Source of the DNA: Priapulus caudatus
Taxonomy: Eukaryota
Assembly (NCBI RefSeq): GCF_000485595.1
Contig: NW_014577076.1
Location: 1,230,633 to 1,260,746 of the forward strand
Reading direction: 5' to 3'
DNA: 30,114 nt
In this document: piece after piece, positions 24,478 to 30,114 of the stretch
How positions within the stretch are numbered: position 1 is the first letter of the stretch
Layout of the letters: each line of letters begins with the position of its first letter
The notes under the pieces: generated by a model
Database searches by the model: none
Seen by the model: only the letters and a program-made list of their open reading frames with translations
Told to the model about the DNA's origin: nothing
Program-made: the position numbers and the translations under genes

Positions 24478-24540
24478 CGTCACTACCGCCGCCGCCGCTA
24501 CATACCACAGCCATCGTCACTACCGCCGCCGCCGCCGCCG
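24451..24540. repeat. 37-bp tandem duplication within a CCG-rich tract
   Basis: ctacataccacagccatcgtcactaccgccgccgccg at 24461 and 24498. Confidence 0.9.
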
Positions 24541-25763
24541 TCAGCCCACCGTTACCGCCGCCGCCGCCTGTCGCGCGCTCATCAATATGCGTCAGATGGA
24601 ATTTCGATGAACCGCTCGCTATCGCGCGCACGTCAATATGTCAATATTCAGCAATTCTGCCGGCAGAGATGCGCGCCTGATAGACTTGTAACCTGATAAT
24701 ACGCGCTCACTGTGCAAGCTGACAGAGAAAAACCGTCTTTTTACCGATCCGTGAAGCGATCGCGCGCAGTCTCTGGCAGCGAAAGAAATTCGCCAATTAA
24801 TCACATGGCAAATCCGATGCTCGCAGAGTCCGCCTCCCGGCTGCAAACACATCGAACCACGTTAAAATCATATTCATTAGGCAACGACTGGCGCATATAA
24901 CGAGATGACGTCAGACACTAATAAAAAAGATGAAACGTGCACATTCGGAATACATTTGCATATAATATAGCCGGCGAAAATAACATAACGACGTCGCGTG
25001 GGGGAAAATTAGATTCGGGCTTCCAACACTGGCAGTTCTTTTCCATGCCAGTATATACGTAGAGATTTTTTCGATTTCGACCAAGTGAAATGGCGCGTGA
25101 TTGCAAACGCTGAATTGCTTTGTAGTGTAATCTTGCGCTAATGTTTATTGCAGTGTTGCCGATGAAAATCCCCACTGCATTGAATAATCTGTCGTCTGCG
25201 GTTATCCACCAATCCCTGCCTCTACAGTTTAACCCTGTAACCCATTATAAGGCAAGCCCTCTACTTGCGTTTCTCGATCGGGCCTTCCCTCCCGGTACCT
25301 CTCCTTCTCGCTATCTCCCTCCCCATCCCGTTCGCTTCCGATTTTCTCCCTCTCATTCTGTTTAGATGCCAACCAGTCGTATGTGGAGAGGATCAATATT
25401 TCATCAAATTAAAGGAAAATCTTTACCTAAACCCACCATGAGCAGAGTCAATAAACTTGGACGTAAAAAGCGAAATGTTAATTCCACGTTTGGTCTGCAT
25501 GGTCCCGCCTTCACACACGCGCTAGCCCGCGACTCTTGTAATATTTGACGTCCTCTTCGCTCCGTGTGTGTTCCTGGCTCTTGTGCTATCCATCATTCTG
25601 CGCTGTCCTATCCCTCTGTTTCGTCCTGATTCTTATGATATCTAGCATTTAGGTAGCGTTGGTTGTGTGCCTGACTCTTAGTGATATCTATCGTCTCTGC
25701 TGCCTTGTCTCTGTGTGTGCTCCTGTGATGCTATATCTATCGAGTCTGCCGTTACTTGGCGTG

Positions 25764-25769
25764 GGTGTG

Positions 25770-25813
<44 letters not shown>

Positions 25814-25857
25814 TGGGTTTGTGCTTGTGTGTGTGCTTGTGTGTGCGTGCGTGTGTG
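25764..25857. repeat. (GT)n/(GCGT)n microsatellite
   Basis: Directly visible. Confidence 0.93.
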
Positions 25858-26169
25858 TTCGTACCGCTTGTAATTTGTTTTTACATGCACAGTCAGCCTC
25901 TTATAACCACATGCAATTCCTACACCATTCTCATATAAAACTATAACTAATTAAGACACTAAATGCACCCACAATTTCGATCGAGAGTGAGAGGTTATGA
26001 TGGTGATAATTATAGGTAGCACACATGTGATCTAAGACTTGCAATGCGACAGCGGTTTATCACTCCCCCATCAGCGCGAACACTTAACCAGGCCACCAAC
26101 GGCCGCACGCATGACCTACAGACGTTGGTGACTAGGCACTTCCTACATGTGTAACAAATAAATAATATA

Positions 26170-26217
26170 CAGGAATGTCATAATATAGATTATTGTGTCT
26201 ATATTATGACACTCCTG
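26170..26217. mobile_element. 48-bp CAGGAG-type palindrome
   Basis: CAGGAATGTCATAATATAGA-8 nt-TCTATATTATGACACTCCTG, one mismatch in 20. Flanks taatata/atatata form an imperfect TSD. Confidence 0.7.
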
Positions 26218-27417
26218 ATATATACACATGAACCTAATTCTCTGACAAGTGCCGCCTCTGCCACGGCCACTACTATTACTCCTAACGCTGCTATAAATCG
26301 CCACTGCTACTATACTTCTTCTGCTACCGCTGTTACTGCTGCCACAGTGCTACGGCTATATACTCTTATTGCGACTACTGCCAGTTCTACCGCAGCCAAC
26401 GATAAGTACTAACACTACGACTGATAACCTAGTTTTACAGCTTTACAGATCTACTGCATACATGTTTTGTCAACGTTTGTGCATGCGCGTGTATGCTTAC
26501 GGATTCCAGTGTAATCACGAACCATAGATATCCAAGCTAAGGACGATCACAGCGTGGATGTGAAGTTGTCAATTTTTACTTATGTATTCCGGGTAACGAA
26601 ATTATTCGAATACCAAATTGCGATGCCGGAAAGATAATTTAATTACGTAATTAATGCCGAGAGATATAGATTGATTGCACCGCAGACACACCATAGGACG
26701 AGTACAGACAGCGTTAATGTGCGCCGCATTCTAAGTCTCTCTCCATTCCAGGATTTTAGAAACCAGATGTATAGCAGTCTCAATCTAACGTGCGAAATCG
26801 GGATCCGAAATCCAGGTAGGTATCTTCTCCCACCAGAACCGGATCCTAATTGTAAATGATCCAAACTGTAAATTCCCAACACACCTTGGAAACACACCTA
26901 TGTCGAGTGTTTACAGTGACTGTGCCCGCGCGCGTATATCGTCTATGTATACATGTAGGAGTATTGCGGGGGTGACAACAGAATATCCATGGCTATAGCA
27001 CTTGTAGCTTTATGCGCCTACATGGATACGTGTTCGTGAATGCCGGGAGAGTCGGCATCCCATAATGCCAAGACGTGTGCAGTTCGTAAATGCGCGTCGC
27101 GAGATAACGGCAAATGTCATTTGTTAGGCAGAGCTCATCCGCGCTGACACAATACAACCCACCTGACTGATGACAAGCAGCACTTCATGTTTACGAACTC
27201 TTTCGCTGTAGTGCATTAAACTACACGAACGAGAGAATAAGAAGCATAATTACCGACCCCCGTCACTATGTGCCACCTTCGTACATGCTCATTTCTTCAT
27301 ATAACATGTGTAGTAAGCAGCGGCTGACGTCATGATGACGTCAGGGACATGATACACCCACGATATTCACTAAGCCAGTATCATTCAGCGTCAACCCTGC
27401 TACAGCTGTCATTACAT

Positions 27418-27459
27418 CAGGAGCGTATAATGACAAATATTTGTCATTATACGCTCCTG
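27418..27459. mobile_element. 42-bp perfect CAGGAG palindrome with 7-bp TSD
   Basis: attacat|CAGGAGCGTATAATGACAAAT-ATTTGTCATTATACGCTCCTG|attacat. Confidence 0.88.
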
Positions 27460-27589
27460 ATTACATGTATTCATTTACATCTGCTAGTGATCCAACAAGT
27501 ATCCCACGTCCAAAATAGTTCTAACACCTCGCAACACACCTTACTGTATAGTGCGGTACAAGGCGCGCGTTTGTTGACATAGCTTGTTG

Positions 27590-28354
27590 ATATTAGCTTT
27601 GTGACGTCAAGATGAGCGGAGTTCGCGCGTTCTGGGATGGTAACCTCGTAATTTCTCAGAATTTCTCAAGGTGCATGGAACATTTTACCAATTTAGTGGT
27701 GTCAGTTAGTCATGGATATGTCGCAGTAAGTACTAACAAGTAGATATTTCACATACGTTCACCCATTTTTCACCCAGGCGATCGATCATTGTGAAAAATA
27801 GAAAAACGCTGATTTCTCCGTTCCAATTTCTGACTTAGTAGCCGATGTATAAATGGATATTTCTCTGTGATTACAACTCGGATTAATTTAATTTTACACT
27901 CGTTTTAATGGTAACATATTGCTGTAAAGAAGTGCGTCAGGGATTGTTATTAAGTGCCGTATTTTATTAGTTATGCCTCTTTATTCCCTAAAATTTTCAA
28001 TTCTAACACACAACTTGATTTTTAAGCAGTTTTTTCCATTTTTCTCGGTAAATATGAAACTTAAAGAAAAATCCTGACGCAATATTTTGGTCCATATTGT
28101 GCTTAACATGTGGCAAAAAATTTGTATCCTCACTCTTTCTGGTAGTTGAGAAATATCCAAAATGCCATTTTTACATAAAAATTCAAAATTTGTGTGGTAA
28201 CATAATTAGGTGCTGGAAAATTTCATGAAATTTTTGCCTTGAGCATAGAGATATATCACCTCTATAAATAAAACAAGTGATTGATTCGATTCATTCGTCA
28301 ATAAACGCTTAATCTTCATTAGAGCAATACCCGTGCAAAAGGTGGAGAGTATCC
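27590..28354. mobile_element. Possible truncated non-autonomous DNA transposon (Kolobok-like)
   Basis: Abrupt AT-rich block ending ...GGAGAGTATCC|TTAA, i.e. a GG terminus next to TTAA. No matching other end was found and the left boundary is approximate. Confidence 0.35.
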
Positions 28355-28390
28355 TTAATGATTACTCCAAGCAAGGTCCACCACACTTAC

Positions 28391-28494
28391 CCATCGTGAG
28401 ACAGCGATCTGACCTTCGGCACTGTTCTTGACCTTGACCTGTTCCTCATCGAACGGAACTTCTTTGCGACGGAGCCCTGAACTGTCTTCAGCAT
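28391..28494 (-). CDS. Candidate first coding exon of an unidentified minus-strand gene (MLKTVQGSVAKKFRSMRNRSRSRTVPKVRSLSHD-G)
   Basis: gcaATG start, 34 open codons plus 2 nt, then a consensus donor GG|GTAAGT (plus strand acttac 28385-28390). Phase 2 matches the acceptor of the exon at 4645/10475. Confidence 0.6.
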
Positions 28495-30114
28495 TGCCAC
28501 AGGCTCGGTGCGTGTTCGGTTATGTGCGTGCCCGACACTTGGGAATGCGGAAGGTTTCCACGAGACAACGCTAAAGCCGCACGTTTTCCCGCACAGACAC
28601 CGAATTTCTCGCTCACTCTCTATTACATATATACAGTCTACTACTGATGAATTGTACTCGATTGTCACGCAGCACGCAAACAGCTGCGGATAACGAGGAG
28701 AGAGAGAGGGAGGCAGAGAAAGCGAGGGAGAGAGCGAGAAAAATGTGAGTCTAAGTAGTGTGAGCGAGAGAGAAAGGGGGGAGAGAGAGAGAGAGTCGTT
28801 CACGTGTCTTCTGGCCACACACCTACCACTAACCGAGTATCTCTGCCAAGCAGAAATCGGCGTTGACTGACAAATCTCACGGGACCAGAGTTCGCTTATA
28901 TGATAAGTACGTCACCCATCTCACTGGCTCAGCAGAGGCGCTACATAATCCTACAAGCCCCCCGCGGGCATACACTAATTGTTAGCGCAGCCAATCCGAG
29001 ACGGGACAGCGTTCCGATCCAGGTACGAGTCTATAAGAAACGCGTCCGGATTATCAATTCCGATGGCCTACTGATAACGACCGCGCATGCGCAAGCCGAC
29101 GGCGTTTGCCGTTTTACCTGCCAGTTACATGGAAACGCGTGACGATATGCGTGAATAGGTGTTCAATGTAGTGTATGTAAATCTTGTCTCTGACCCATAT
29201 GGGATCGCGCAAGTGAAGTGACATGCCCGTTGCGGAATCGTCGCAGCGACGTGAGGGCGTGAACGCCACGCGTGACCTCCCCGCCTGTCCTACCCCTTCG
29301 TTATTGTTGCGGCTCTAAATTGCACTTTAGCTAAAATAGAACCGGAACGTTCGGTCCAATTAGAGGCCACCTTTCATCAGATTACAGCTAATTTTTCTCT
29401 TTTTTTGTTACAGCACACTCATTTTCGCCGAGTAAATTTCATAGCGGTTTCGGGCGAAAGGATTCTCGTCACAAAGCAAGCCTGAACGCGCGCGCGGAAG
29501 AGGTTAAAAGGCAACCAGATGTGGCCACAGCGTTATTATTCCTCATCGATGCTTCCCGATGCCGACGCCACGCGATGCATGCACATCCAGGCTGACATGT
29601 TGTAAGTGCACGCAACACAACGAGGCGTAGACGCAGCGACCCACGCGAGCGTGCATGCGCGCGTGCGTTCACCACCAACGCGACCACGTACACAAAATCC
29701 AGGAAAAACAACAACATATCTCTCTCCCTCCCTGAAATTTCATCAGTCTATGCGAAACATTGATTCACCTGTGAAGCTGTGTAAAGATGAGATAGCCCGT
29801 GTGTACCTAGCCGGCCAGGAGTAGTTATGAATTATTAATTCGACCTCGGAAGTTTGCAAACACATTGAATCGGACGGAGCAACACGTCTGGGCGCTCTAT
29901 ACCAACAAACGCATGCGAGACGTAGAAATACGAGCTGCCTGCACTCCGTGCTCGTTGTTTGGCTAACGCTCCATTAGGAGCGTTCCCAACTTTAATGTCA
30001 TTAATATCGTGATATAAAAGAGATATAAAGGGGGGGGTGGATCGAGATCAAGGGTGGGTTTGATATGAAATAGATATCAATGGGGGGTGCATCGATATCA
30101 ATTACATATCAAGG

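Noticed and set aside
26751..26814. Plus-strand micro-exon (ccattccag|GATTTT...CCAG|gtagg)
   Set aside because: Plausible splice sites but no partner exons or recognisable peptide, and it is opposite to the inferred host gene.

Overview
Repeat-rich eukaryotic (probably invertebrate) draft-assembly DNA with three N-gaps and many CA/CACG/GA/TA microsatellites. Almost all listed ORFs are spurious. The window looks like intronic sequence of a minus-strand gene: a candidate first coding exon at 28494-28391 and a phase-compatible polyQ exon at 4645-4356, repeated at 10475-10192. A ~5.84 kb segment occurs twice in tandem across a 10-N gap, most likely as two uncollapsed haplotypes. DNA transposons are abundant: an internally deleted PIF/Harbinger (TAA TSD, convergent transposase and MADF N-termini), a Helentron-type non-autonomous element, an 8-bp-TSD TIR element and an 842-bp foldback element with a 7-bp TSD. 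The most striking observation is five independent 40-48 bp palindromes starting CARGAG, three with perfect 7-bp target-site duplications. They share the terminal motif and TSD length of the foldback element and look like excision footprints or ultra-short MITEs of a Galileo/P-superfamily-like group.
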